A DNA stretch of 32,000 bases from an uncultured Williamsia sp. (GCF_947494875.1 NZ_CANLWM010000007.1:273405-305404), one strand, 5' to 3'. Shown: positions 1 through 9,131, counted from the stretch's first letter. Notes: generated from the sequence alone by a model not told the origin. A program made the numbers and translations.

Positions 1-2
1 CG

Positions 3-311
3 CACCATCGCAGTCGTCTCGTGCGCGACCTGACGACGTTGCGATACGTGAAGGGTCGCAGGCGGACCGAGGTGATGGACGGTGTCCGCGTCGACATGAT
101 GCTCGTCGACTCGTCCTGCCCGGACCGCTCGGTCGCATCGCAGATCGTCGTCGAGATGTGGCGTCGGATCGCCGCGCGCGGATACACGCGGATGGAGGGC
201 GCACCCGTCCTCGACGACAGCGACTGGATGAAGGGATCGGTCCTGTCCCGGATCGAGATGAGCCCGTACCGCACCTATCGCATCTACTCGCGCGAGATCT
301 CCGGGAGCTGA
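3..311 (+). CDS. hypothetical protein, 5' end cut by the window edge
   Basis: The frame is open from nt 3 (…HHRSRLVRDLTTL…). Stop TGA is at 309-311, 3 nt before the MMPL start, which suggests co-transcription. I recognise no family motif. Confidence 0.3.
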   Translation, partial: HHRSRLVRDLTTLRYVKGRRRTEVMDGVRVDMMLVDSSCPDRSVASQIVVEMWRRIAARGYTRMEGAPVLDDSDWMKGSVLSRIEMSPYRTYRIYSREISGS

Positions 312-314
312 ACC

Positions 315-2531
315 ATGCTGGACATGGCCGACCGACCCGCGGCGACCACCGCGCGCCGTTCGCCCGGTGTCGTGTGGGGCGAGTTCGTCGCGCGCCATCG
401 GTATGTCGTCCTCGCCGTCGGGCTGCTGTTCGTGGTGGTCGCGGCGGCGCTGTACCCGACGTTGCAGTCGCGGTTGGTCGGCGTCGACTTCGGTGTCGCC
501 GACCGTGACTCGTCCATATCGGACAGCCTGGTCGCTCAGCACTTCGGCGACTTCGGCAGCGAACAGCTCGCGGTGACCTTCTCGTCGTCCGACCGCGACG
601 TGTCCGACCCGCGGTTCCGCGATCGCGTCGAGTCCGTGGTGCGCGAACTGCGCGGCGAGCGCGATGTGGTGACCGTCGTCGACCCCTACCAGACACAGGG
701 TTTCGCGCCGCAGATCTCGCAGGACAGGACGGCTGCAGTTGCGCTGGTGGGGATCTCCGGCGACGCCAGCGACCGCATCGGCATCGCCGAGCGACTCCAG
801 GCATCGTTGTCGGGCGCCGGTCGCGACGGCATCACCGTCGCGATGACCGGGTACTCCCCGATGACCGTCGACCTCACCCGCGTCGAGTCCGACGACGCGA
901 CACGCGCCGAGAGCGTCGGCATCCCCATCGCCCTGATCGTCCTGGTGCTCGCACTCGGCGGGATCGTCGCGGGCGCCATCCCACTGATCTCGACGGGCAT
1001 CGGGCTGGTGTTCGCGTTCGGCGTCATCTCCGCTCTGGCCCATGTGATGTCGTTCGACGTCCTCGTCACCACGGTGGCGTCGATGATCGGTCTGGGCCTC
1101 GGCATCGACTACTCGTTGTTCGTCGTGAGTCGGTTCCGTGAGGAACTGGCTCGACGCGGTGTGACGTCACGGTCCGACAGAGAGGGCGTCATGCGCGCGA
1201 CCGGCGTCGCCCTCGGGACAGCGGGCCACACGATCGCCATCTCCGGGCTCATCGTGATGATCGCGTTGGCCTCGTTGACGATCGTCGACGTGCCGGCGAT
1301 CCGGACCATCTCGTTCGTCGTCGCACTGACCATCGTGTGTGTGCTGGTGGCCGCGTGGACAGTCCTGCCCGCGGGTCTCGCGACGCTGGGGCCGGCGGTC
1401 GACAAGTTCGGCCTGCCCGAGCGGTTCCGACCGGCGGACGCGCGGATCGACGCCGGCACGAGCCGCTGGGCCCGCTGGGCCCGGCACGTGATGCGACACC
1501 CCTGGCTGTACGCCGTCGCGGGTGTGCTGCTGCTGGTCCTCTGCATCATCCCGCTTGGCTCGATCAAGTACGGCGTCGACATCGGCACCGCCGCACTCCG
1601 CGACCAACCGACCGGGCCCGCGAACACGGTGCTGGCCGAGAAGTTCGCGCCCGGCACCTCGTCCCCCATCACCACGGTGTTCACCGGACCGAACCGCGGA
1701 CCGCTCAGCGACCGCCAGGCCGAGCAGGCGATCGAACTCGAGTACGCGCTCCGCAAGGACCCGCGGGTGTCGTTCACGTACTCGCAGAGCAACGACGGCC
1801 GATCGCTGATGGTGGTGATCCCGTCCGTGCCGATCGACTCGTCGAAGGCCAACGAGCTGGTGCAGTCGATCCGCGACCGGGCCGATGCGATCACCGCCGA
1901 CGGCGGGCCCCGCGCATACGTCGGTGGGACGACGGCTCTCGTCGTCGACGCGTCGTCGGAGATCTCCGGCAAGTTGCCGTGGGTGATCGCCGCGATCCTC
2001 GGCTTCTCGTTCCTGTACCTCGCGATCGTGTTCCGCAGCATCGTCATCCCCGTCAAGGCCGTGCTGATGAACCTGTTGGTGACCGGCGCCGCGATGGGGT
2101 TGACGGTCGCGGTGTTCCAGTGGGGCTGGCTGTCGTCGGTGCTGGGCTTCACCAGCGTCGGCTTCGTGCAGATCTACCTGCCCATCACCGTGTTCGCCGT
2201 CGTGTTCGGTTTGTCGATGGACTACGAGGTGTTCCTCATCGGCCGGATGCGCGAGGTGTTCACCCGCACCGGCGACAACCTCGAGTCCGTCGTCGACGGC
2301 ATCGAGCACACCGCCCGCCCCATCACCGCGGCCGCTGCGATCATGGTGGCGGTGTTCGCCAGCTTCCTCACCGCGGACGTGCTCGAGCTCAAGCAGTTCG
2401 GCTTCGCGCTGTCCGTTGCGGTGATCTTCGACGCCATCCTGGTCCGGATGATCCTGGTCCCGGCCATGATGCGCCTCTTCGGTGCCCGCAACTGGTGGCC
2501 GGGGAGCCGTCAGCTGACATCGACCGTCTGA
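315..2531 (+). CDS. MMPL-family (RND superfamily) membrane transporter
   Basis: 738 aa with two blocks of hydrophobic helices, each followed by a soluble loop. MMPL-type motifs GIDYSLFVVSRFREEL and GLSMDYEVFLIGRMRE are present. ATG at 315. Confidence 0.9.
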   Translation: MLDMADRPAATTARRSPGVVWGEFVARHRYVVLAVGLLFVVVAAALYPTLQSRLVGVDFGVADRDSSISDSLVAQHFGDFGSEQLAVTFSSSDRDVSDPRFRDRVESVVRELRGERDVVTVVDPYQTQGFAPQISQDRTAAVALVGISGDASDRIGIAERLQASLSGAGRDGITVAMTGYSPMTVDLTRVESDDATRAESVGIPIALIVLVLALGGIVAGAIPLISTGIGLVFAFGVISALAHVMSFDVLVTTVASMIGLGLGIDYSLFVVSRFREELARRGVTSRSDREGVMRATGVALGTAGHTIAISGLIVMIALASLTIVDVPAIRTISFVVALTIVCVLVAAWTVLPAGLATLGPAVDKFGLPERFRPADARIDAGTSRWARWARHVMRHPWLYAVAGVLLLVLCIIPLGSIKYGVDIGTAALRDQPTGPANTVLAEKFAPGTSSPITTVFTGPNRGPLSDRQAEQAIELEYALRKDPRVSFTYSQSNDGRSLMVVIPSVPIDSSKANELVQSIRDRADAITADGGPRAYVGGTTALVVDASSEISGKLPWVIAAILGFSFLYLAIVFRSIVIPVKAVLMNLLVTGAAMGLTVAVFQWGWLSSVLGFTSVGFVQIYLPITVFAVVFGLSMDYEVFLIGRMREVFTRTGDNLESVVDGIEHTARPITAAAAIMVAVFASFLTADVLELKQFGFALSVAVIFDAILVRMILVPAMMRLFGARNWWPGSRQLTSTV

Positions 2532-2553
2532 CGTCTGACGTCTGACGTCTGAC
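2526..2553. repeat. four perfect tandem copies of the heptamer GTCTGAC
   Basis: The run is gtctgac x4, read directly. The first copy contains the MMPL stop (2529-2531). The array fills almost the whole 26-nt gap to the convergent giant gene, whose stop is at 2558-2560. Confidence 0.95.
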
Positions 2554-2557
2554 CGGA

Positions 2558-5500
2558 TCAGCGCACTGGGCAGTAGATGCCGCCGTGACCGTCGTCTTCG
2601 CAGTAGAAGTTGTTGCCCCCACCCCCGGTGCCGCCGGAACCACCCGTCGTGGGCGGTGTCGTGGTGGGCGGCGTCGTGATGGGCGGCGGTGGCGGGATGA
2701 ACTGCGGAGTGGCGACGATGGTCGTCATCCCGTTCGTCACCACCACCGACAGGAACATCGTGGTCGTCGTCTGGACCCCGATGATCGGCACCGTGAACTG
2801 CAGCGGCGTGCTGCCCCCGTGCCCGTCGGTCATGGTCACCGTGAAGGTGTCCGTGAGCACAGACTGCGTCGACGCAGCCATGCGAGAAAAGACGGTGGGC
2901 GTGTACACGAACGACCCCGAGGATCCCCCGACCTGGCTCACTGTTCCTCGCGGCGTACCCCCGCTGGGCACACTGAAGGTGATCGCGTCACCATCGGCGT
3001 CGTTGCCGACGATGGTGAAGCCGACACTCCCCGAAGTGACGCTCGCACTGGCGACACTGCCTGCCGGACCGGAGCCGGCGCGGACGGTCGCGGTGGGGGC
3101 CGTGTTCGCCGGGGCGATGGTGACGGTGACCGGTATGGCGACGGAGCCGCCTCGGCCGTCGGTGACGTTGACGTAGAAGCTGTCGGTGGTCGGCCCGCCG
3201 CCGGCAGCGGCGTGCTGCGCGGTCGTACTCGGGGCGTAGGTGAAACCACCTGTGGGCGTGACGGTCACGCTGCCACCGTTCGTGGTCGCCCCGGTGGGCC
3301 CGGTGAACGTGAGGGGGTCGCCGTCGGGATCGGTCGCGGTGACCGACCCGGTGACCAATCCCCCCGCGCCGGGGGCATTTGTCGTGACCTGCCCGGCTAC
3401 GGGGGCGCGGTCGGGGTTCGCGGGTACGAAGATGCTGATGGGGGTTATGCCACCCCGATTGTCAGTGGCGACGGCCATGATCGGTGCATAGCCCAAGACG
3501 AGGTCGGCGGCGGTCACGATAAAGGTGAGTCTCCCGTCTGCGGTGAGTGCGCCTCGACTCGGACCCGAGAACGTGATGGGGTCCCCGTCGGGATCTGTGG
3601 CATGAAGGGTGACTGTGACCACTTGACCGACGGAAGCGAACGGTGTGAACGTCGTGGCGTCCAGGATCGGTGAATGATTCACCGCGGGTGCGGATATGGG
3701 CACGGTTGCGGTGACGTTGGTGACGCCGCCGTGGCCGTCGACGACCACCACGCTGACGGTGTCGCTGGTCGCACCGCCGTTTGCGGCCGCGGTGCGTGCG
3801 TCGGTGGTGGGGGTGTAGGTGAAGGTGCCGTCGGTGTCGACGGTCACCGAACCGTTGGTGGGACTGCCGTTCTGGTACCAGGTGAGAGCGTCACCGTCGG
3901 CGTCGGTGGCGGAGAACGCGCCGGTCACGACGCCGGTGGTGGCGTTCGGTGTGCCGACGGTGGTGGTCCCGGCGACCGGGGAGGTGTTGATCGGGCTCAC
4001 GGGCACGGTCACCGTGACAGGGATCGAGCCGCCGTGACTGTCGCTGACGGTCACGGTGAACGTGTCGGAGAAGTTCCCCGTCGCCGCGGCGTCGTGACGG
4101 GCTGCCGCAGTCGGGATGTAGGTGAAGGAGCCGTCGGAGTTGACGGTCACCGACCCCCTGGCGGGGGTGCCGGCGGTGTAGGTGAGGGTGTCGTTGTCGG
4201 CGTCGGTGACGGTGATCGTCCCGGTCACGGTGTTGGTGTCCGGTGTGACGCCGGTGATCGTCGACCCGTTCGTGAACGGCGCCGCCGTCGGCGGCTGGTT
4301 GGCCGGAGTGATCGGCACCGTGACACTGATCGGGGTGGTGACTCCACCGTGTCCGTCACCGGCACTGATCGTGAACGTGTCGGTGGTCGGACCGTTCGCC
4401 GCGGCGGAATGTGCCGCGGCGCCGGGGGTGTAGGTGAATGTGCCGTTGGCGTTGACCACGACCGATCCCCCGTTGACCGGAGATGTCGAGGTGTAGGTCA
4501 GCGGATCGCCATCGGGGTCGGTGATCGACACGGACCCGGTGACGGCGCCGTTCGCGCCGGCCGCGTTGACAGTGGATGTCCCGACGACCGGAGCCTGATT
4601 GGCCGGGGAGATCGGCACTGTGACGGTGATCGGCGTCGTCCCCCCGTGGCCATCGTCGACAGTTGCCACGAAAGAGTCGGCGCCGACTCCACCTGGCGCG
4701 GAAGCGGCATGGCGCGCTGCTGCTGTGGGGACGTAGGAATAGGTGCCGTCCGTCGACACCGTGATCGACCCGCCGCCGGAGGTGAGACCGGTGCTGGGAG
4801 CGTGGAACTCCAGGTGGTCGCCGTCGGCGTCGGTGGCGCCGATCGACCCGGTGACCTGACCGGTCACCGTCGACACGACTGTGGCTGATGACATTCCGGC
4901 CACCGGCGCAGCATTGACGGGGGACACGGCCACGGTCACGGTGATCGGCGTCGACCCACCACGTCCGTCGGAGGCGGTGATGGTGAACGAGTCGGTGTAC
5001 CGGGAACTCGCGGACGCGGCGTGCCGAACCGTTGCGGTCGGGGTGTAGGTGAAGGTCCCGGCGCCGTCGACGACGACTGCGCCGCCCTGAGCGCTGAGAC
5101 CGGTGGTGGGTGCGCTGAAGGTGACGGGGTCTCCGTCGGGGTCGGTCGCCGAGACGAACCCGGTGACAACGCCATTCGTGCCGGGTGGGTTGGCGAACGT
5201 GATCCCGGCGACGGGGGCCTGATTGTCTGCTGCGATCGGCACGGTCACGCTGATCGGGGTGGCTCCGCCGTGACCGTCGGAGGCGATAACGGTGAACGTG
5301 TCGCTGGTCGAACCGCTGCCTCCCGCTCCGGCCGCAGGGGTATAGGTGAACCCGCCACTCGAGGTGACCACCACCGTCCCCCGCGACGGGGCCGCACCCG
5401 ACCCGTTCCCGGCGGAATAGGTGACGGTGTCTCCGTCGGCATCGGTCGCCGAGACCGATCCGGCCACAACACCGTTCACACCGGGTGCTCCCACTGTCGT

Positions 5501-7414
5501 CGTCCCGACGACCGGCGCCTGATTGGCCGGGGCGATCGGCACGACGACACTGATCGGGGTCGACCCGCCGTGCCCGTCGGAGGCGATGACGGTGAACGAA
5601 TCCGATGTCGCCCCGCCGCCGGCAGCGGCGGCGTGCTGGGCGCTGCTGGCGGGCGTGTAGGTGAACCCGCCTGCCGGGGTGACCACCACCGAGCCGCGGC
5701 TCGGCGCGCCCGCGCCGCTTCCCGCGGTGTAGGTGACGGTGTCACTGTCGGCGTCGGTCGTCGAGACGGTCCCGGTGACGACACCGTTCGCCCCTGGCGT
5801 GCCCACCGTGGTGGAACCCGCGACCGGGGCCTGGTTCGCCGGGAGGACCGGGACGACCACCGAGATCGGGGTGACACCTCCGTGGCCGTCGGAGGCGGTG
5901 ATGGTGAACCCGTCCGATGCCGCCGAGGTCGGCGCGGTGGTCGACGCGGCATCGTGGCGCGCGGTGGTGGTCGGGGTGTAGGTGAACCCGCCGGTGCTGC
6001 TGACCACGACGCTGCCCTTGCCGGGAGTCGACGCGGTGTAGGTGATCGGATCGTTGTCCCTGTCGGTCACCGACACCGACCCGGACACCGCACCATCGGC
6101 TCTCGGAGTGCCGACGGTCGTCGCACCCGCGACCGGAGCAGAATTGATCGGCACGATCGGCACGGTGACCACGATCGAGGACTTCGATATCGCGTTGTTC
6201 GCGGTCACGGTGAACGAGTCCGACGTGGCACCCCCCGGTGCCGCAGCGGCGTGACGGGCCGTCGCGGTCGGGGTGTAGACGAACTGTCCGTTCTTGTCGA
6301 TGCTCGCGGTACCCCCGGCAGGCGCGGTGATGGTGTACCACTGCGGCAGGAAGAACGGGCTCGTGAACTGTGCACTGCCCGTCACCTGACCCGTCGTCGA
6401 GTTGATCGTCGTCGACGCGTTCTGATTCGTGCGGTACGGATCGAACACCGACTGGATCCGGCGGAAGAAGGCCGCCACCAGATCACCGAGCGGGTTGACC
6501 ACCGGCGCCGGGGTGACCGGCAGTCCCGTCGTCTGGTTCGTCGCCGCGACCGGCACCCCCAACAGCGTCAATCCCACCGCAGCGATCGCCGACACCGGCG
6601 CCACCACAGCCTGCTTCTGCTGCGTCGCCGCTGCCCGCAGCACTGCCGGAGCCGAGGTGGTGGACGTCGACGCCGCCGCGGTCGGAGTGCTCGCGGTGAC
6701 GATGCTCGGCGAGCTGGCGACCGAACCTGCCGGCGCCGTCGGGGCGGGGGAGGTTGTCGATCCTGCTGTCGAGGTGGCGACACCACCCGATGTCGTACCC
6801 GTCCCCGCGCTGGCTGCGGTCGACGAAGAGGGGGTGGTCGACGTCGAGGTCCTCGCGGGCGTCGACGGCGAGCTCGCACCGGGGGTCGCCCCGGACCCGG
6901 CCGTCGTGACAGCGCCGCCCGACGCAGATGACGCGCCACCGGTGGCTGCGCCGGACTGCTGTGCAGCCGGCGGCGGCGGCGCCGTCGTGCCGGCGGTCCC
7001 CGACGGAGCGGTCGATCCGGGGGTGGACGACGCCGTGTCCGATGCACCCGCCACCGGCGACCCTGTCGGCGGCTCTGTGCCGGTCGACGACGTCGAAGGC
7101 ACGTCGCTCGCGGTGGACGTGGGCGACGGCACGTCGGTTGCGGTTCGCGTCGTCGCCGCACTCGACGAGGTCGACGAGTCGGTGGCCGCGACACCGCCGC
7201 TCGAGGCACCCGTCGCCGTGTCGGCGCCCGCGATCGCACCGTTGCCCGCGAACACCGCGGCACCGATCCCCATCGCGACCGCGCCGGTCTTCATCCACAG
7301 CGGCACCTCGTGCTGCGCCGATGCGCGATGCCGTCCCTGCGCGCGCTTCGCCACTCGTGCCGCTCGAGCCTTGGCCTTCGCACGGTTCTTCACCCGATGA
7401 GCACTCACGACCAC
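2558..7414 (-). CDS. large secreted/surface tandem-repeat protein (12 cadherin/Ig-like units of the tandem-95 type)
   Basis: One uninterrupted 1618-aa ORF with GTG start at 7414. It has a basic N-terminus, a hydrophobic signal/anchor (aa 41-64, AIAGA|D) and an S/T/A/P/G low-complexity region (aa 66-258, nt ~6641-7219). Twelve ~100-aa repeats follow, carrying ATDxDGDxxTY, GxFTYTP, ARHxAA, SDGHGG and NQAPVAG motifs. The tail is Pro/Thr- and Gly-rich and ends NNFYCEDDGHGGIYCPVR. Confidence 0.85.
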   Translation of the reverse strand: MVVSAHRVKNRAKAKARAARVAKRAQGRHRASAQHEVPLWMKTGAVAMGIGAAVFAGNGAIAGADTATGASSGGVAATDSSTSSSAATTRTATDVPSPTSTASDVPSTSSTGTEPPTGSPVAGASDTASSTPGSTAPSGTAGTTAPPPPAAQQSGAATGGASSASGGAVTTAGSGATPGASSPSTPARTSTSTTPSSSTAASAGTGTTSGGVATSTAGSTTSPAPTAPAGSVASSPSIVTASTPTAAASTSTTSAPAVLRAAATQQKQAVVAPVSAIAAVGLTLLGVPVAATNQTTGLPVTPAPVVNPLGDLVAAFFRRIQSVFDPYRTNQNASTTINSTTGQVTGSAQFTSPFFLPQWYTITAPAGGTASIDKNGQFVYTPTATARHAAAAPGGATSDSFTVTANNAISKSSIVVTVPIVPINSAPVAGATTVGTPRADGAVSGSVSVTDRDNDPITYTASTPGKGSVVVSSTGGFTYTPTTTARHDAASTTAPTSAASDGFTITASDGHGGVTPISVVVPVLPANQAPVAGSTTVGTPGANGVVTGTVSTTDADSDTVTYTAGSGAGAPSRGSVVVTPAGGFTYTPASSAQHAAAAGGGATSDSFTVIASDGHGGSTPISVVVPIAPANQAPVVGTTTVGAPGVNGVVAGSVSATDADGDTVTYSAGNGSGAAPSRGTVVVTSSGGFTYTPAAGAGGSGSTSDTFTVIASDGHGGATPISVTVPIAADNQAPVAGITFANPPGTNGVVTGFVSATDPDGDPVTFSAPTTGLSAQGGAVVVDGAGTFTYTPTATVRHAASASSRYTDSFTITASDGRGGSTPITVTVAVSPVNAAPVAGMSSATVVSTVTGQVTGSIGATDADGDHLEFHAPSTGLTSGGGSITVSTDGTYSYVPTAAARHAASAPGGVGADSFVATVDDGHGGTTPITVTVPISPANQAPVVGTSTVNAAGANGAVTGSVSITDPDGDPLTYTSTSPVNGGSVVVNANGTFTYTPGAAAHSAAANGPTTDTFTISAGDGHGGVTTPISVTVPITPANQPPTAAPFTNGSTITGVTPDTNTVTGTITVTDADNDTLTYTAGTPARGSVTVNSDGSFTYIPTAAARHDAAATGNFSDTFTVTVSDSHGGSIPVTVTVPVSPINTSPVAGTTTVGTPNATTGVVTGAFSATDADGDALTWYQNGSPTNGSVTVDTDGTFTYTPTTDARTAAANGGATSDTVSVVVVDGHGGVTNVTATVPISAPAVNHSPILDATTFTPFASVGQVVTVTLHATDPDGDPITFSGPSRGALTADGRLTFIVTAADLVLGYAPIMAVATDNRGGITPISIFVPANPDRAPVAGQVTTNAPGAGGLVTGSVTATDPDGDPLTFTGPTGATTNGGSVTVTPTGGFTYAPSTTAQHAAAGGGPTTDSFYVNVTDGRGGSVAIPVTVTIAPANTAPTATVRAGSGPAGSVASASVTSGSVGFTIVGNDADGDAITFSVPSGGTPRGTVSQVGGSSGSFVYTPTVFSRMAASTQSVLTDTFTVTMTDGHGGSTPLQFTVPIIGVQTTTTMFLSVVVTNGMTTIVATPQFIPPPPPITTPPTTTPPTTGGSGGTGGGGNNFYCEDDGHGGIYCPVR
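2777..6409 (-). repeat. in-frame coding tandem array, 12 units of ~300-315 nt
   Basis: Unit ends, marked by the APVAG-type motif, fall at aa 430, 533, 636, 737, 840, 945, ~1045, 1149, ~1250, 1341, ~1442 and 1546. Units 3 and 4 keep about 80% nucleotide identity in exact 300-nt register (5221-5300 vs 5521-5600, 65/80 by eye). Confidence 0.85.
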
Positions 7415-7544
7415 GTTCCGATCTCGCCGCGCTCACGCGCACATTCCCGGCTGCCCCCGGGTATCTGCGGAAGACGGTAGAAAAAGAGTGCAAGTTTTCT
7501 GTAAATCATCAGTTGCGGCAACGGAAGTACCGGTGAGGACCTGC

Positions 7545-8213
7545 ATGGGCACGACGACCATCTGTCACAGCACCGCCGAGGCGGTCGCCGGGATCGAGGA
7601 CGGTGCGACGATCCTTGTCGGCGGGTTCGGCATGGCCGGGATGCCCGTCGCACTCATCGACGCACTGATCGACCAGGGCGCGACCGATCTCACCGTGGTC
7701 TCGAACAACGCCGGCAACGGCGACACGGGCCTCGCGGCGCTGCTGGCGAAACGCCGCGTCCGCAAGGTGATCTGCTCGTTTCCACGCCAGTCGGACTCGT
7801 GGGTGTTCGACGGCCTCTACCGCGACGGCGCCATCGAGCTCGAGGTGGTGCCGCAGGGCACCCTCGCCGAACGGATGCGCGCCGCCGGGGCCGGTATCGG
7901 CGCGTTCTTCTGCCCGACCGGCGTCGGCACATTGCTCGCCGAGGGCAAGGAGACCCGCGAGATCGACGGTCGCACCCACGTCCTCGAATACCCCATCCGC
8001 GGCGACGTCGCCCTCATCCGTGCGCACATCGCCGACCGCATGGGCAACCTCGTGTACCGCAAGACCGCCCGCAACTTCGGACCGGTGATGGCCACCGCGG
8101 CCGCCCGGACGGTCGTCGAGGTCACCGACATCGTCGAGACCGGTTCCCTCGACCCCGAATCCGTCGTCACCCCGTCGATCTACGTCGACCGCATCGTGGA
8201 GGTGCCCCGATGA
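7545..8213 (+). CDS. 3-oxoacid CoA-transferase subunit A (ScoA/PcaI/AtoD class)
   Basis: Carries ILVGGFGMAGMP, SNNAG, PQGTLAERMRAAGAGI and NLVYRKTARNF motifs. I prefer ATG 7545 (MGTTTICHS…), preceded by GGTGAGGA, over the ORF-track start at 7488. The stop overlaps the subunit B start (ATGA, 8210-8213). Confidence 0.88.
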   Translation: MGTTTICHSTAEAVAGIEDGATILVGGFGMAGMPVALIDALIDQGATDLTVVSNNAGNGDTGLAALLAKRRVRKVICSFPRQSDSWVFDGLYRDGAIELEVVPQGTLAERMRAAGAGIGAFFCPTGVGTLLAEGKETREIDGRTHVLEYPIRGDVALIRAHIADRMGNLVYRKTARNFGPVMATAAARTVVEVTDIVETGSLDPESVVTPSIYVDRIVEVPR

Positions 8214-8863
8214 CCGACCACCCCCGCACCAAGGACGAGATCGCCGCGGCGATCGCCGCCGACATCCCGCGTGGCTCGTTCGTCAACCTCGGTATCGGCC
8301 AGCCCACGCTCGTCGCCGATCACCTGACCGCCGACTCCGGCGTCGTCCTGCACACCGAGAACGGGATGCTCAACATGGGGCCGGCCGCCGTCGGCGATCA
8401 GATCGACCCCGACCTCACCAACGCGGGCAAGATCCCGGTCACCGAACTGCCCGGGGCGTCGTACTTCCACCACGCCGACTCGTTCGCGATGATGCGCGGC
8501 GGCCACCTCGACGTCTGCGTGCTCGGCGCGTTCCAGGTGTCGACGCGCGGCGACCTCGCGAACTGGCACACCGGCGCCCCCGGTGCGATCCCCGCCGTCG
8601 GCGGGGCCATGGACCTCGCGATCGGGGCCAAACAGGTGTTCGTGATGATGACCCTCATGACGAAGGACGGGACGTCGAAACTCGTCGAGGAATGCAGCTA
8701 CCCGCTCACCGGGATCGGTTGCGTGACACGGATCTACACCGACCTCGCGACCTTCGACATCGGCCCGGACGGCGCGACCGTCCGCGACCTGCACGGCACC
8801 ACGCCAGAAGAACTGCGCAGCATTGTCGGCGTCGACCTCGCCACGTCGACCACCAACCCCTGA
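8210..8863 (+). CDS. 3-oxoacid CoA-transferase subunit B (ScoB/PcaJ/AtoA class)
   Basis: MTDHPRTKDEIAAAIAADIPRGSFVNLGIGQPT…SENGML-like (HTENGMLNMG)…GGAMDL motifs. It has a 4-nt ATGA overlap with subunit A. Confidence 0.88.
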   Translation: MTDHPRTKDEIAAAIAADIPRGSFVNLGIGQPTLVADHLTADSGVVLHTENGMLNMGPAAVGDQIDPDLTNAGKIPVTELPGASYFHHADSFAMMRGGHLDVCVLGAFQVSTRGDLANWHTGAPGAIPAVGGAMDLAIGAKQVFVMMTLMTKDGTSKLVEECSYPLTGIGCVTRIYTDLATFDIGPDGATVRDLHGTTPEELRSIVGVDLATSTTNP

Positions 8864-8871
8864 CAGCACGA

Positions 8872-8911
8872 GATCGGGGCCCCGAGGAGACGAATCCTCG
8901 AGGCCCCGATC
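8872..8911. terminator. bidirectional stem-loop between convergent CoA-transferase B and rpmF
   Basis: gatcggggccccgagga (8872-8888), loop gacgaa, tcctcgaggccccgatc (8895-8911). This is a 17-bp stem with one mismatch. There is no U-tract, which is common in actinobacteria. Confidence 0.6.
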
Positions 8912-8936
8912 TCGGGCTCAGGTCAACGACCGACTG

Positions 8937-9110
8937 TCAGCGACGGTCGAGGTCGATGATGCCCATCTGCACGGCCTTCACCAGGCGGCGCGGGACACGC
9001 TGGCTGACGCCACCGGCCTTGACCTCCTGCAGAGCCGGGTTGTCGGCCTTCCACTGAGCACGACGACTCCGCGAGTTCGCCCGAGACATCCGCCGCTTCG
9101 GTACCGCCAT
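8937..9110 (-). CDS. rpmF: 50S ribosomal protein L32, Cys-less (zinc-independent) paralog
   Basis: Hand-translated, because at 57 aa it is below the ORF-track cutoff: [57 protein letters not shown]. It has the canonical L32 N-terminus and no Cys. It starts 21 nt after the rpmE2 stop. Confidence 0.85.
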   Translation of the reverse strand: MAVPKRRMSRANSRSRRAQWKADNPALQEVKAGGVSQRVPRRLVKAVQMGIIDLDRR

Positions 9111-9131
9111 GATCCAGCCCTTTCCTTCACT

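Noticed and set aside
2777-6409. Regular ~300-nt repeats that could suggest a CRISPR-like or satellite array.
   Set aside because: The period is too long, and there is no alternation of identical short repeats with unique spacers. The repeats are in frame and encode a conserved ~100-aa protein module.
2585-6931. Long plus-strand ORFs (362, 404 and 636 aa, plus many shorter ones) antisense to the giant repeat gene.
   Set aside because: They are Arg/Gly/Asp/Pro-rich shadow frames, typical of very GC-rich DNA. They have no RBS and no recognisable domains, and they are fully embedded in a far more coherent minus-strand ORF with periodic protein repeats.
7488-7544. The upstream start (MQVFCKSSVAATEV…) for CoA-transferase subunit A.
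   Set aside because: The extension lies in the AT-rich promoter-like region. ATG 7545 has a GGTGAGGA Shine-Dalgarno sequence and gives the family-typical N-terminus.
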